Source: an uncultured Gammaproteobacteria bacterium (GTDB lineage: Bacteria > Pseudomonadota > Gammaproteobacteria > JAURND01). Taken from it: a DNA stretch of 64,000 bases. The notes below the pieces were generated by a model. That model was not told where the DNA came from and did no database searches. It saw nothing but the letters and a program-made list of their open reading frames with translations. This document shows, in pieces, positions 19,711-30,527 of the stretch. Position 1 is the stretch's first letter, and each line of letters starts with the position of its first letter. The position numbers and the translations under genes are program-made. The DNA is taken from the NCBI GenBank assembly GCA_963797335.1, contig CAWCOU010000006.1:760483-824482 (forward strand), in the 5' to 3' direction.

Positions 19711-20958
19711 TCACGGTAATCGTTTACAGCCCCAGCGCAATATAAAATAACCGGCTATTCCTGACAGGAGTGAACCTAAGAGCACGCCAAAACGCACTAA
19801 CGCTGGGTAGTGCGCATCCGCGCTGGGAAAAGCCAATTGGCCGATGAATAGACTCATGGTGAAGCCAACGCCACAAATCACGGCCGTGCCATATAAGGTA
19901 AGCCAATTAGCACCGTTTGGTATGGGCGCCCAATGCAGGCGAATGGCCAACCACGTAGAACCAAAAATACCAATCTGTTTTCCTATAAATAAGCCTGCCA
20001 ATATACCCATGGAGAGTGGTGTAATTAATTCTTGAATTGGGAAGTTAATAAACGACACGCCGGCATTGGCAAAGCTGAATAACGGCAGAATAAGATAAGC
20101 CACCCAGGGATGAAGCACCTGTTCTAACCAATCCACTGGATTGGATTTCTCGGCATGATGTAAATCTTGTTTTTGCGTTTTATCGGCTGAGGTATGGAGC
20201 GGAATCGTCAACGCTAATAATACACCGGCTATGGTCGGATGAATGCCCGATTTCAAGAATAATACCCATAATATTAACCCCAACAATATATAAGGAGTTA
20301 GACGCACCACTCGAAAATAATTCAAGGCGATTAAGACGATGACACACGCGAAGGCAGCTAACAACGTCGGCCAATACAATTGCCCTGAATAAAAAACCGC
20401 AATAATGATAATGGCGCCGACGTCATCAAAAATCGCCAATGCCATCAAGAATAACTTAATGCTCAAAGGCATGCGCTTACCTAATAACGCCATAATACCG
20501 AGAGCAAAGGCAATATCCGTCGCCGTTGGAATCGCCCAGCCTCGTAAATCAAAGGCGCTGCTGGCGTGATTCAAGGCTAAATAAATCACAGCGGGTACTA
20601 CCATGCCGCCTAATGCCGCTAACGCAGGTAAGCTGACTTTAGCAATTGAATTTAATTCTCCGGTCAGAATTTCGCGTTTAATTTCTAAGCCGACCAACAG
20701 AAAAAAAATGGCCATGAAAAAATCGTTAATCCAAAAAATAAAATTCGTGGTTACCGATTTTCCGGCGATGGAAAATTGCCAATCGTAATGGAACCAGTGA
20801 TGGTAGTGATCTTGCCAGGGGGAGTTAGCAAAAATTAAAGCCAATATAGCGGCAACAAATAAGATGATGCCGCTACTGGCCTCTAGACGGATAAACTCTG
20901 TTAGTATGCGCCAAGTAAGAAAATGATTTTTATGTCCATCGTTATTGTTATCAGTCAT
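19711..20958 (-). CDS. nhaA: Na+/H+ antiporter NhaA
   Basis: 415 aa, 12 TM segments, collinear with the NhaA family. Confidence 0.9.
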   Translation of the reverse strand: MTDNNNDGHKNHFLTWRILTEFIRLEASSGIILFVAAILALIFANSPWQDHYHHWFHYDWQFSIAGKSVTTNFIFWINDFFMAIFFLLVGLEIKREILTGELNSIAKVSLPALAALGGMVVPAVIYLALNHASSAFDLRGWAIPTATDIAFALGIMALLGKRMPLSIKLFLMALAIFDDVGAIIIIAVFYSGQLYWPTLLAAFACVIVLIALNYFRVVRLTPYILLGLILWVLFLKSGIHPTIAGVLLALTIPLHTSADKTQKQDLHHAEKSNPVDWLEQVLHPWVAYLILPLFSFANAGVSFINFPIQELITPLSMGILAGLFIGKQIGIFGSTWLAIRLHWAPIPNGANWLTLYGTAVICGVGFTMSLFIGQLAFPSADAHYPALVRFGVLLGSLLSGIAGYFILRWGCKRLP

Positions 20959-20964
20959 ATGTTT

Positions 20965-21717
20965 TTAAGAATGTACAGTGACCCTACGCTCATGCAGTGG
21001 TTGTACGGGTCGAGAATTAAAAGGAATCATATTTTTCTTTAAATAGCTGACTTGTTCCGCTGTTAAGGATAGCGGTTGTTTATAAACGACCCATTGCACA
21101 TTTTCAGAGCAAGGCGGTGTCGTCAGTGAGCCGGAGTATAGGTAATACTCATTTTCTTTAGGAATGACCTCGTCTGGGTTAAAGCGCACGGTATTGCCTG
21201 AAGCATATTGGTTAGCATCTAGAACCGACCATTCCCGGGTAGTGGCATTGGCTTTGCCTGCATTTTCTGTCAACAATACGCCAACCACCAATAACTGCCC
21301 CTGTTTATTTTGGTGGACCAAGTGAATTTCCATCGGGAAGCGTTGATTATGTAAGGTATGCTCACTGGGGGTATGAAAATGGAATCCTTGTAAATAATAG
21401 GTTTGACCATTGAACTGAACAGAGTTGGCAGAAGGGTCAACGGCCTTCATGGAGAAATCTTTGCTATCGGCGAGGTGATTAAATAAAGCCGGCTGGTAAT
21501 GTAGTGTGATGCTTTGCTTCGCTACCGGTGTGGTCTCTGGGATATTAATAGGCGATTGCTGTTGACCTTTGCCACACACACTAAAATGCTCACCCCAATG
21601 CTCAGGACCTTTTTGGGCTGAGTAATTCCAGGTATTGTCTGAGACCGCTGCCTGAATCAAAGGAGTAGCACAACATACGATTAACCCGGCCGCCCATTGC
21701 TTAATACTGATTTTCAT
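20965..21717 (-). CDS. Alpha-class carbonic anhydrase, secreted/periplasmic
   Basis: 250 aa with a signal peptide. Alpha-CA zinc-ligand region QFHFHTPSEHT...PMEIHLVH. Confidence 0.85.
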   Translation of the reverse strand: MKISIKQWAAGLIVCCATPLIQAAVSDNTWNYSAQKGPEHWGEHFSVCGKGQQQSPINIPETTPVAKQSITLHYQPALFNHLADSKDFSMKAVDPSANSVQFNGQTYYLQGFHFHTPSEHTLHNQRFPMEIHLVHQNKQGQLLVVGVLLTENAGKANATTREWSVLDANQYASGNTVRFNPDEVIPKENEYYLYSGSLTTPPCSENVQWVVYKQPLSLTAEQVSYLKKNMIPFNSRPVQPLHERRVTVHS

Positions 21718-21753
21718 AAACCGTTTCCTCCGTTTAGGGATTGCTTCAATTTC

Positions 21754-22467
21754 TTATTCTATGACTTCTTGGTCCCAGAGGCAATTTCCGTCACTCATTT
21801 TTCGGATGGCCGCCAGCGTGCTCTCGTGAGCCACTAGCTCCTGCGCATCGGCGGGGATGACCTTCAATGGCGCCAGACTGGCCCTTGCCTGCGGGATGAG
21901 GGTGATCGATTGAGCACCGGAAGTGGAATCGTCGTCAAATAAACTGACCTGGCCGCCGGTCATGGCTAAATACACTCGTGCCAGCAAATCGGCATCCAAC
22001 AACGCGCCGTGTAATTGACGGGCGGAGTTATTTATGCCGTAACGTTTACATAATGCATCTAAATTATTGTGCTGACCGGGGTGTTTTTTTCGAGCAAAGG
22101 CCAGGGTATCAAATACTGTGCAGTAGTCGGTTATTTTTTTAAAATTGGCATTGGTCCGTTGTAGCTCATGGTCTAAAAATCCGACATCGAACGGGGCATT
22201 GTGAATAATTAATTCAGCACCCTGAAGAAAGGTGATGATTTCGGAAGCCACATCGGCAAACAGCGGTTTATCGGCTAAAAATTCTTCGGTCAGACCGTGC
22301 ACCGCTTGTGCCCCAGCATCGATAGCGCGCTCGGGACAAATATAGTAATGACATCGTTCCCCTGTGAAACGACGATTGATTAATTCTATGCCTGCTATTT
22401 CAATTAAACGGTGGCCTTCGACAACCGCTAAGCCTGTGGTTTCGGTATCCAGGACTATTTGGCGCAT
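21754..22467 (-). CDS. dnaQ: DNA polymerase III epsilon subunit (3'-5' exonuclease)
   Basis: 237 aa, Exo I motif MRQIVLDTETTGL, collinear with DnaQ. Confidence 0.93.
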   Translation of the reverse strand: MRQIVLDTETTGLAVVEGHRLIEIAGIELINRRFTGERCHYYICPERAIDAGAQAVHGLTEEFLADKPLFADVASEIITFLQGAELIIHNAPFDVGFLDHELQRTNANFKKITDYCTVFDTLAFARKKHPGQHNNLDALCKRYGINNSARQLHGALLDADLLARVYLAMTGGQVSLFDDDSTSGAQSITLIPQARASLAPLKVIPADAQELVAHESTLAAIRKMSDGNCLWDQEVIE

Positions 22468-22677
22468 GGCTCTCTCTTGGCAGTAGAACAGCGATTTTGA
22501 AGTTAGATATTGTTTGGTGGTTTTGTAAGAAGGGCTGTGAAACTCAATATCAAAAAACCAGATAAGCGGACAAAGGGTGCAAAAGCACCCCTTTCCGCCT
22601 GTCCTGGAGGTAACATTTTGTTACAAGTCTTACTTTAAATTACAAAGAAAGACTTTCATGCAAGGTAACAGCTAACC

Positions 22678-23826
22678 TTACATTTTGTAGTTGAGGCTTA
22701 GGTAAGGACCTTGGAAGCCGATATTTGATGTTGTCGTGCTGGTATGATTTCCTTCAAAGGGCTCATCAGCAATATTTCCTTTGACTTGATCGACGGCATC
22801 AAAATATTCGGTTGCTTGCCAGCCTAACTCAACAGTCAAGTTTGATTTGTTATCAAACAAGAAGGTGTAGTTAAAACCAACTTTAGCATCCAACACAGGT
22901 ACTACACGCCATGAATTATCGACAGTGACATCGTTGTCGAAATCAAACTCGTGAGTAAATGGTGGTTCTACATCCGTTTCAGAGTGTGATACGAAGACAT
23001 TGTTAGAGGTGTTGGTTTTGACTTCACCAATTAACAATGCACCAGCTACGTGACCTGCGATACCGAAGCAATCACTGATGTGATAAGAAGTATCAACACC
23101 AAATCGTGGACCTACGCCATTGAATTTGGAATTGTATTCATCTTTTTCGCCGTAAGCAAAAGAGTCACCAGGAGCATCGGTGAAGAACCAATCAGCCCCA
23201 TACTGATTAGTTACATTTTGACGTACGCTAGCAAAACGTAAGCCACCGAAGAATCGGGTTTGTAATCTCGTACCGAGATTGACGTATTGACCCACGTCTA
23301 AATCGATAGAATCCAATCTGCTTTTTACGGTGCTTTGAGCGCCTACATTTGACGTGATGACATCAGGATCAAAGAAGTTGAAGAGAGGAACACCGAGACC
23401 GGTTCGGAGCACATCACCAGGATCTGTTCCAACGTTGTCGGTGGTAGAGTGGTCAAAATGTGTCCAACTTAACTGCACATCGTTACCCGAATCTGGGAAT
23501 GTGTAACCTAAGCCAACTCTGAAGCCAAAGTTGTAGTGAGGGTTGACGTTCTCTACATCTTGCTTTGTGTTGAGAAAGAAAGGAAAGTCGTCAAAGTCTG
23601 CCGAACTAAGACTGCTTATTGTCGCATAGTCAAGATCAGAGTTAGTGGGCTGAAGGAGTAGACCTTCTAATGTGATTTGCAAACCAGGTGTTAAATTAGG
23701 AATGTTCACAGCAAAGGATGGTGCATCTGTTGGCAGTGCCGCATAAGCACCCAACGAAGCCGTTAGACCAGCAGCGGCTAAAGCTACAGCAAATTTATTC
23801 ATTTGTGACCTCCATGATGATTCCAA
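22678..23826 (-). CDS. Major outer membrane protein, Legionella MOMP-family porin
   Basis: 382 aa with signal peptide MNKFAVALAAAGLTASLGAYA and beta-barrel-like alternation. The segment KFNGVGPRFGVDTSYHISDCFGIAGHVAGALLIG resembles Legionella MOMP (KFNGFGPRTGLD...YAKGAAAILVG). Confidence 0.7.
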   Translation of the reverse strand: MESSWRSQMNKFAVALAAAGLTASLGAYAALPTDAPSFAVNIPNLTPGLQITLEGLLLQPTNSDLDYATISSLSSADFDDFPFFLNTKQDVENVNPHYNFGFRVGLGYTFPDSGNDVQLSWTHFDHSTTDNVGTDPGDVLRTGLGVPLFNFFDPDVITSNVGAQSTVKSRLDSIDLDVGQYVNLGTRLQTRFFGGLRFASVRQNVTNQYGADWFFTDAPGDSFAYGEKDEYNSKFNGVGPRFGVDTSYHISDCFGIAGHVAGALLIGEVKTNTSNNVFVSHSETDVEPPFTHEFDFDNDVTVDNSWRVVPVLDAKVGFNYTFLFDNKSNLTVELGWQATEYFDAVDQVKGNIADEPFEGNHTSTTTSNIGFQGPYLSLNYKM

Positions 23827-23829
23827 AGA

Positions 23830-24090
23830 ACAGGTTATTATTTACACATTGTTATGTATCCTCTGGATTAGCAGTTTCAATAGAAGCCTAGCTGAACATT
23901 TTAAAATGTAGCATTTCTATTCAAACTAACAACCCTGCACACAACCTTGTGTTGGGCATATAGTAATGGGAATTTTTTAAAAAGCAAGTATTTTTTTGTT
24001 TTCTCTGTTTGTAATTTTTTTTACAATTGACGTTGTTTTTATTTTTGTATTTTTTTACAACATTCAGTATCGGTATTTTTTAGAACGGAT
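23830..24090 (-). promoter_or_regulatory. AT-rich putative promoter/UTR region with multiple poly-T tracts upstream of the MOMP gene
   Basis: ttttttgttttctctgtttgtaatttttttacaattgacgttgtttttatttttgtatttttttacaac. Includes a ttgacg -35-like hexamer. Confidence 0.35.
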
Positions 24091-24106
24091 TTACTTAATT
24101 TTTAGT

Positions 24107-24577
24107 TTATCTTCTAAAATTGACCAAAAACTCATCAATTGCTTGATTCGCTAATTGATCTGCCAGCGTATTTTCTGGATGCCCACTATGGCCGCGCACC
24201 CAATGCCATTTTAATTGGTGGTGTTTTATTTCTTCATCTAAACGTTCCCACAAATCTTTATTTTTGACTATTTTTTTCCCACTGTTTTTCCAATCATTTT
24301 CTTTCCAACGAGGCAACCACAATAGCACACCATTACGGACGTATTGAGAATCGGTGGTCACTTCGGCGTGACACGGTTTTTTTAAAGCGCTCAATGCCTG
24401 GATCACTGCCTGCAACTCCATACGGTTATTGGTTGTGTTTTGTTCAGCTCCGTACAATCTTTTTTCATGACCGTCATATCGCAACAAAGCACCCCAACCA
24501 CCGGGCCCTGGATTACCCCGACAAGCACCATCGGTAAAAATATACACCGTTTTATTCGTTTTATTCATTAGGGTCAT
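24107..24577 (-). CDS. rnhA: Ribonuclease HI
   Basis: 156 aa ([22 protein letters not shown]...[10 protein letters not shown]...[10 protein letters not shown]), collinear with E. coli RnhA. Confidence 0.93.
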   Translation of the reverse strand: MTLMNKTNKTVYIFTDGACRGNPGPGGWGALLRYDGHEKRLYGAEQNTTNNRMELQAVIQALSALKKPCHAEVTTDSQYVRNGVLLWLPRWKENDWKNSGKKIVKNKDLWERLDEEIKHHQLKWHWVRGHSGHPENTLADQLANQAIDEFLVNFRR

Positions 24578-24581
24578 TTTT

Positions 24582-25289
24582 TTATGTCACTGTGGATAAT
24601 GGGTGTGGGCTGATCAGCGGTGTCCACGTGCCCACTTGTTTTTTTGCTACGATTAAATAGACCGCGCCATTGCTTGACCAGAGTATGGGTCCTATTGCCT
24701 CCAGCGCTAACAAATAGTGCAGCCAGTTCTTGCGATTGATGGGCGGCCGAAAAAACAAACCGCGCTGCGTTTCTATATGAAAGTCGTGATGATGCAGGTA
24801 ACGAATGAGCGTGGCTTGACTGCGAAAACGTCCTTGCCACGGCGGTGTCCGTTGTCGTCGTAAATATTTTAATGCGCCCCACACACTGTAGGGATTAAAT
24901 CCCAAAATAATTAATTTACCTTCGGGTGTTAATATTCTGTGCATTTGCCGCAATAACACATCTGGATCGGTCATAAATTCCAAAATGTGCGGGGCCAGAA
25001 TGACATCGACACTTTCGGATAGAAAAGGTAATTGCCGTAAATCACCTTGAACACCAGAACCTGGGTAAGAAGGAGAGAACTCGGGACTTATGCGAACACG
25101 ATGGGCGATCGGCGATTTTTCAAATAAATACGTTTCACTCGGGCCACCTATTTGTAAAAATTGATGACCGAAATAGTGAGGCAGGTACTGATCCAACTCC
25201 AAACGTTCAGCAGCGAGCAGCTCTGAACCTAACAGAGACTGGTACCACGCATCCATTTGTCTTAGAATAATTTCTGTCGAATGGTGCAT
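24582..25289 (-). CDS. SAM-dependent methyltransferase (YafS-like)
   Basis: 235 aa class I methyltransferase fold. Sits between rnhA and gloB exactly as yafS does in E. coli. Confidence 0.7.
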   Translation of the reverse strand: MHHSTEIILRQMDAWYQSLLGSELLAAERLELDQYLPHYFGHQFLQIGGPSETYLFEKSPIAHRVRISPEFSPSYPGSGVQGDLRQLPFLSESVDVILAPHILEFMTDPDVLLRQMHRILTPEGKLIILGFNPYSVWGALKYLRRQRTPPWQGRFRSQATLIRYLHHHDFHIETQRGLFFRPPINRKNWLHYLLALEAIGPILWSSNGAVYLIVAKKQVGTWTPLISPHPLSTVT

Positions 25290-25320
25290 TATCTTGGCTT
25301 ACCATAAATGACTTAACTCG

Positions 25321-26115
25321 TTGACCACCGAAGGAATGTTACTCATGCTGCGAGTATTGCCTGTTCCTGCTTTTAAAGACAATTACATTTGGCTGATTAT
25401 ACACAACTCATCGCCATCTTGCCTTATTATCGATCCGGGCGAAGCACAACCGGTGCTCGCTATTTTGCAGGAGCAGTCACTGCAACCAACGGGCATTTTA
25501 TTAACCCACCACCATTGGGATCATGTCAATGGCGTGGCTGAATTACAGCAACATTATTCCTTACGCGTATTCGGCCCTGCGCAAGAGACGATTGAAACAG
25601 TGACTGATCCTGTGCAAGCGGGCGATAATCTGACCTGGCCCGGCTGGGATCTAGAGCTGAGGGTGATGGCTATTCCCGGCCATACCCGCGGTCACGTCGC
25701 TTACACCGGTGATGGCATGTTATTTTGCGGTGATACGTTGTTTACCGGCGGCTGCGGGCGCTTATTTGAAGGAACGGCTGAACAGATGTACCATTCCTTA
25801 CAAGCGCTGGCTGGCTTACCTGAGGAAACCTCTGTTTATTGCGGGCATGAGTACACCGAAGCCAACCTAAGATTTGCACAGGCAGTCGAGCCCGACAATC
25901 AGGACCTGTTACTGCGAATCAAACAAACGGCGATGCTTAGGGCTCAACAGCTACCCACCGTTCCCAGCTCATTAGCCCTAGAGAAGCAGACCAATCCTTT
26001 CTTACGCTGCCACCTGGACTCGGTTCGACAAGCGGCGGAAAAACACGCCGCCACCTCACTGCATGATCCAGTCGCTGTGTTTCGCACTATCCGTGCATGG
26101 AAAGATAACTTTTGA
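25321..26115 (+). CDS. gloB: Hydroxyacylglutathione hydrolase (glyoxalase II)
   Basis: Metallo-beta-lactamase motif LLTHHHWDHVNG. Likely true start at the Met at 25345 (MLRVLPVPAFKDNYIWLI). Confidence 0.9.
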   Translation: MTTEGMLLMLRVLPVPAFKDNYIWLIIHNSSPSCLIIDPGEAQPVLAILQEQSLQPTGILLTHHHWDHVNGVAELQQHYSLRVFGPAQETIETVTDPVQAGDNLTWPGWDLELRVMAIPGHTRGHVAYTGDGMLFCGDTLFTGGCGRLFEGTAEQMYHSLQALAGLPEETSVYCGHEYTEANLRFAQAVEPDNQDLLLRIKQTAMLRAQQLPTVPSSLALEKQTNPFLRCHLDSVRQAAEKHAATSLHDPVAVFRTIRAWKDNF

Positions 26116-26183
26116 AACACCCATCGTCATTGGAGCAGGGATTGTTGCGCTGATCAAAAACTCCTTCTCCCCTTTTGTGGGCT

Positions 26184-26480
26184 AAGGGGTATGCACTCAT
26201 CTTTTTCAGTCAACTATGAATAGTCACCGGATTAACGATTAGCACTGTAAGCCCCCTCTCCCGCGCGAGGAGTTTGGGCAAAAGCTGCAAACCTATTCGC
26301 GGGAGAGGGTTGGGGGAGAGGGTAAAGTCTCGCGCTATCCCTTCGCCCTCTCCCCAACCCTCTCCCGCGAACAAGTTCAGAGCCTTTATTCAAGCCCCTC
26401 GCGCGGGAGAGGGGCTTACAGTGCTAAACCCTAATCTAATACTCACTCACAGCTGGCTGAACAGATGCGGTCAACTTATC
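26184..26480. repeat. Repeat family F1 copy 2, inverted relative to copy 1
   Basis: Near-identical nested palindrome (see copy 1); between gloB and mltD. Confidence 0.8.
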
Positions 26481-26739
26481 TGTCGGAGGTGGTTGCCTAA
26501 AATCATAGACAACTCACATAGCAGAAGGTGCCCGTGAGGGCGGATGAGGGTGCTAAAAAGAGATAAAAATCCTTTTTACATATCTGCTTGAAGAATTCAC
26601 GGACGAAGACAGCGCGTTGCTTGATTAGAAAAATATTTTACTAAAAATCAATATATTGGTTTTCTCCCCTCCCACACTGCACGACCACAATGTCTCATCA
26701 GGGTTGACCTGGGGCGAACTTGTCTATAGAATACCCCGA

Positions 26740-27822
26740 ATGAATTTGCTAAAAGAAAATAAATTGTGCTTTCGCCTCCTCTTGTTAAGCTGCTTAGTAA
26801 CGACGCTTCCCTGCTTAGCAACCCCCGTTTCCGCCGCGAAACAGCAGACTGTCGTCACGCCAACGGTAGCCGCAACCCCTGCCCCTGTTGAACCAACAGC
26901 TTCTATCTGGAAAAGCATGGGGGAAAGCTTTAGTTTGAATCACCAAGTCAATCAAATTAAAGTGGATGAGCAGATCTCGCTGCTTCAGCATAACCAGCAG
27001 GCGTTATACAAAACATTACAAAGAGCCGCTCCTTATATCTCTTATATCTTTGACCAAACCAAAAAAGCCGGCCTACCCACTGAGCTAGCCCTGTTACCTT
27101 TAGTGGAAAGTAAATTCGACCCTTACGCCCGTTCCGGCCCGGGTGCCACAGGGGTTTGGCAGATTATGCCGCAAACCGCCTCCCGGCTGGGTTTAAAAAA
27201 TAACGCCTCCTACGATGGTCGACGTGATTTGGTCGCCTCTACCCATGCTGCTTTAACTTACTTAACTTATTTACATTCGATCTTTCGCAAAGACTGGGAA
27301 ATTGCCTTGGCCGCTTATAATTATGGGCCGGGCAATATCCATTCGGCATTACGCCGACAAACGGGCTGGTATGCGGCCGCTGATTTTTGGCGGCTGAAAC
27401 TACCGAGCCAAACTAAAAACTACATACCCAAGCTCTATGCGCTGGCGGAGGTGATTCAAAACCCCGATCGTTACCATATCCGCTTACCAGCTATTAGCAA
27501 TGATGTGCGTTTAACCTCCGTGCAAGTAGGCGCACATGTCAATTTGCGGCAAGTGGCAGACAATACCGGTGTGAGTATTGGTACGCTGGCTAAATTGAAC
27601 CCCGGCTATACCAAGTTGGCCACCGCGAAAGGTGCACCAAATACCTTATTAATTCCCAGTTATGCTTCCCCGGGTTCTGAGCTGTTAAAATCCAATATCA
27701 CCACTGTGTTGGCGTCGAAGGTGGTCGATCCTATTTTACTCGCCTCACAATCACCACTCAAATCTCATGATTACCTGGTCGCTACCTTATTACACGAAGG
27801 GAAGTGGTTGCTTTCTGTGTAG
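26740..27822 (+). CDS. mltD: Membrane-bound lytic murein transglycosylase (MltD-like; SLT domain plus C-terminal LysM)
   Basis: SLT catalytic region ESKFDPYARSGPGATGVWQIMPQTA and a LysM-like HVNLRQVADNTGVSIGTLAKLNPGY. Signal peptide begins at the Met at 26740; the ORF-track start is 26656. gloB-mltD synteny as in E. coli. Confidence 0.8.
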   Translation: MNLLKENKLCFRLLLLSCLVTTLPCLATPVSAAKQQTVVTPTVAATPAPVEPTASIWKSMGESFSLNHQVNQIKVDEQISLLQHNQQALYKTLQRAAPYISYIFDQTKKAGLPTELALLPLVESKFDPYARSGPGATGVWQIMPQTASRLGLKNNASYDGRRDLVASTHAALTYLTYLHSIFRKDWEIALAAYNYGPGNIHSALRRQTGWYAAADFWRLKLPSQTKNYIPKLYALAEVIQNPDRYHIRLPAISNDVRLTSVQVGAHVNLRQVADNTGVSIGTLAKLNPGYTKLATAKGAPNTLLIPSYASPGSELLKSNITTVLASKVVDPILLASQSPLKSHDYLVATLLHEGKWLLSV

Positions 27823-27946
27823 CCCCGTCTAGAAGAATTGACGATAGATTGGAGTGGCATTAAACTGATTTACTCGTTACGCTACCGCCAACTCCTTTAA
27901 AAAAACAAAATCACAGAAAACACCTGACCATTGGAAGAAGTTTGCT

Positions 27947-28798
27947 ATGAATGCCCAAATTCTCGACGGAAAAATCCTCGCTACCCAGATCCGCCAGCAA
28001 ATCACTGAAGCCATCCGCCATCGTTTAGACCAGGGTTTACGACGCCCGGGCATCGCCGTTATTTTAGTGGGGGAAGATTCAGCCTCCCAGATTTATGTCA
28101 AACACAAGCGTAAAGATTGCGAAGACGTCGGCATGGTATCGAAGGCGTATGATCTGCCGGCTGATACTTCACAGCAACACCTACTCGCTCTCATTGATGA
28201 ATTAAATGCCAATCCGGAAATCGATGGCATTTTGGTGCAACTCCCTTTGCCGGCACATATCGAAAGTGATGAAGTATTGGATCGCATTCGAGCGGACAAA
28301 GACGTCGATGGTTTCCATGCTTATAATTTGGGCCGTTTGGCTCAACGTCGACCTTTGCTGAGGCCGTGCACGCCTTACGGTGTGATCACGCTGCTGGATA
28401 ATGCCGGAATTGCGATTGAGGGCATGCATGCGGTGGTGGTGGGGGCTTCTAATATTGTCGGTCGGCCGATGGCCTTGGAGTTTTTGTTGGCGAAGTGCAC
28501 GGTGACTATCTGCCATCGTTTTACTCGCGATTTGGCGGAGCATGTGAATCAAGCCGATATTCTTGTGGTAGCCACTGGTAAGCCTGATTTAGTCAATAGT
28601 GCTTGGCTTAAATCCGGAGTGATTGCGATTGATGTCGGCATTCATCATCAGGCCAATGGCGTGTTGCGCGGGGATTTGGATTTTGCTTCGGCTAGCCAAA
28701 AAGCCAGCTGGATAACCCCTGTACCTGGCGGGGTCGGCCCGATGACGCGAGCTATTTTGTTGCAGAATACCTTGTTTGCGGCCGAGCACTTGCATTAA
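27947..28798 (+). CDS. folD: Bifunctional methylenetetrahydrofolate dehydrogenase/methenyl-THF cyclohydrolase
   Basis: 283 aa, collinear with FolD (GRPMA...VGIHH motifs). Confidence 0.93.
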   Translation: MNAQILDGKILATQIRQQITEAIRHRLDQGLRRPGIAVILVGEDSASQIYVKHKRKDCEDVGMVSKAYDLPADTSQQHLLALIDELNANPEIDGILVQLPLPAHIESDEVLDRIRADKDVDGFHAYNLGRLAQRRPLLRPCTPYGVITLLDNAGIAIEGMHAVVVGASNIVGRPMALEFLLAKCTVTICHRFTRDLAEHVNQADILVVATGKPDLVNSAWLKSGVIAIDVGIHHQANGVLRGDLDFASASQKASWITPVPGGVGPMTRAILLQNTLFAAEHLH

Positions 28799-28814
28799 AA
28801 CTCTTTTATTTTAA

Positions 28815-28903
28815 ACCCCTCATCCGCCTTCGGCACCTTCTCCCACAGGGGGAGAAGGAATTATTTTCTTAAGTTGACGCCTATGCCCACAAGGGGAGAA
28901 GGA
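28815..28903. repeat. Repeat family F5 copy (two short hairpins cttctcccacagggggagaag and cccacaaggggagaagg)
   Basis: cccctcatccgccttcggcaccttctcccacagggggagaaggaattattttcttaagttgacgcctatgcccacaaggggagaaggatc. Copies at 49025-49097 and 60154-60260, fragments at ~26513 and ~45255. Confidence 0.7.
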
Positions 28904-28941
28904 TCGACGCAACATGCCGATCCGCGCTTCCAGGGGTGGGC

Positions 28942-30330
28942 TTATTTATTCCTGCGCCACGTAGTTCCTTCGGCGCTATCTTCTAATATGATTCCTTTAT
29001 AGGTTAATTCCTGACGCAATTCATCGGCTCTTTGCCAATCCTTGTCACTGCGCGCTTTATTTCTATCGGCAATCAATTGTTCTATGGCTTGAGCTTCCAC
29101 CTCACTTAATCCCGATTGCAGAAAGGATTCTGGATCCATTTGTAGAATACCAAATATTTCCGCCAATTTTTTTAATAAGGTGGCGAAACGACTGGCTTGC
29201 TGAAGATCGCCAGCAGCACGATAACGATTAATTTCGCGAACCAGGTCAAACAATACCGCAAAAGCCAATGGCGTATTAAAATCATCGTCCATCGCCGCTT
29301 GAAATTGTGCTGTAAACTCTTCTGAGCTGGGTGGCTGCGCGCTAGCGTCTAACCCACGCAAGCAGGTATACAAGCGTTCCAACGCCGCTTTCGCGCTGTT
29401 TAAATTTTCCTGACTGTAATTAATCGGACTGCGGTAATGGCTGGCTAATAAGAAGTAACGTATCACTTCGCTGGGATACTGCGCTAAAATCTCTCGAATC
29501 GTCGTAAAATTCCCCACCGACTTCGACATTTTTTCACGGTCTACTTGGATATAACCGACGTGCATCCAGGTTTTCACAAAAGGATTACCAAATAAGCTTT
29601 CCGATTGGGCGATTTCATTTTGGTGATGCGGGAAAATTAAATCTAAGCCACCGCCGTGTAAATCAATGTGCTCCCCCAAACAACTGGCGCACATCGCGGA
29701 GCACTCGATATGCCAGCCGGGGCGACCCTTTCCCCAGGGCGAATCCCAACTGGGTTCATCGGGTTTTGCCATTTTCCACAAGACAAAATCCAGAGGGTCG
29801 CGTTTGACATCGAGAATATCCACTCGTGCGCCTCGGCGTAATTTTTCTAAGGATTGATGGGAGAACTTACCATAATCGGCAAAGCTAGCCACTTGGAAGT
29901 ATACGTCACCGTTTTCAGCGACATAGGCGTCGCCTTTTTCAATCAGGCGGGTGATAAAGTTAACGATCTCCGGGATATGGGCGGTGGCGCGTGGTTCCTC
30001 ATTGGGGGGCAATACGGAAAGTGCTTGCTCATCTTCTCGCATGGCTTGGATAAAGCGCTCTGTTAATACATCAGTGGCTTCGCCGCGCTCATTAGCTCGT
30101 TGAATGATTTTGTCGTCTATATCGGTAATATTGCGCACATAGTGCACATCATAGCCTTGTAAGCGCAAATAGCGCGTGACCATATCAAAAACGACCATGA
30201 TGCTGCGAGCGTGGCCGATATGGCAATAGTCATATACCGTCGAGCCGCAGACATATAGGGAGACTTTTCCAGGTACCAAGGGCTGAAAGGGTTCTTTTTT
30301 CTTCGTTAAGCTGTTATGGATGTGTAACAA
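28942..30330 (-). CDS. cysS: Cysteinyl-tRNA synthetase
   Basis: HIGH (CHIGHARS) and KMSKS (KMSKSVGN) motifs. The ORF-track start at 30414 adds a non-homologous extension. An alignment-consistent TTG start at ~30330 ([15 protein letters not shown] vs E. coli MLKIFNTLTRQKEEF) sits downstream of GGGAGA. Confidence 0.9.
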   Translation of the reverse strand: MLHIHNSLTKKKEPFQPLVPGKVSLYVCGSTVYDYCHIGHARSIMVVFDMVTRYLRLQGYDVHYVRNITDIDDKIIQRANERGEATDVLTERFIQAMREDEQALSVLPPNEEPRATAHIPEIVNFITRLIEKGDAYVAENGDVYFQVASFADYGKFSHQSLEKLRRGARVDILDVKRDPLDFVLWKMAKPDEPSWDSPWGKGRPGWHIECSAMCASCLGEHIDLHGGGLDLIFPHHQNEIAQSESLFGNPFVKTWMHVGYIQVDREKMSKSVGNFTTIREILAQYPSEVIRYFLLASHYRSPINYSQENLNSAKAALERLYTCLRGLDASAQPPSSEEFTAQFQAAMDDDFNTPLAFAVLFDLVREINRYRAAGDLQQASRFATLLKKLAEIFGILQMDPESFLQSGLSEVEAQAIEQLIADRNKARSDKDWQRADELRQELTYKGIILEDSAEGTTWRRNK

Positions 30331-30527
30331 GCGCGTTGTCTCCCAGGTGCAATGAAGCGGCCATAATAGGGTGGTTCTGGTTATTTTTTCAAGCCTTAAT
30401 CCACATCCCCGCATTGTAAGAACAAACTTTATATAATTTTATATCTGATATGTGCTGTTTATGGTATAGTTCTTATAGGAGCATACCTAAAATAAATGCA
30501 TAAGCGCCTGAAAATAAAGTACATTTT

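Noticed and set aside
24574-24882. 102-aa ORF overlapping the yafS-like methyltransferase gene
   Set aside because: It lies in an alternative frame of the same strand inside a conserved gene and has no homology features.
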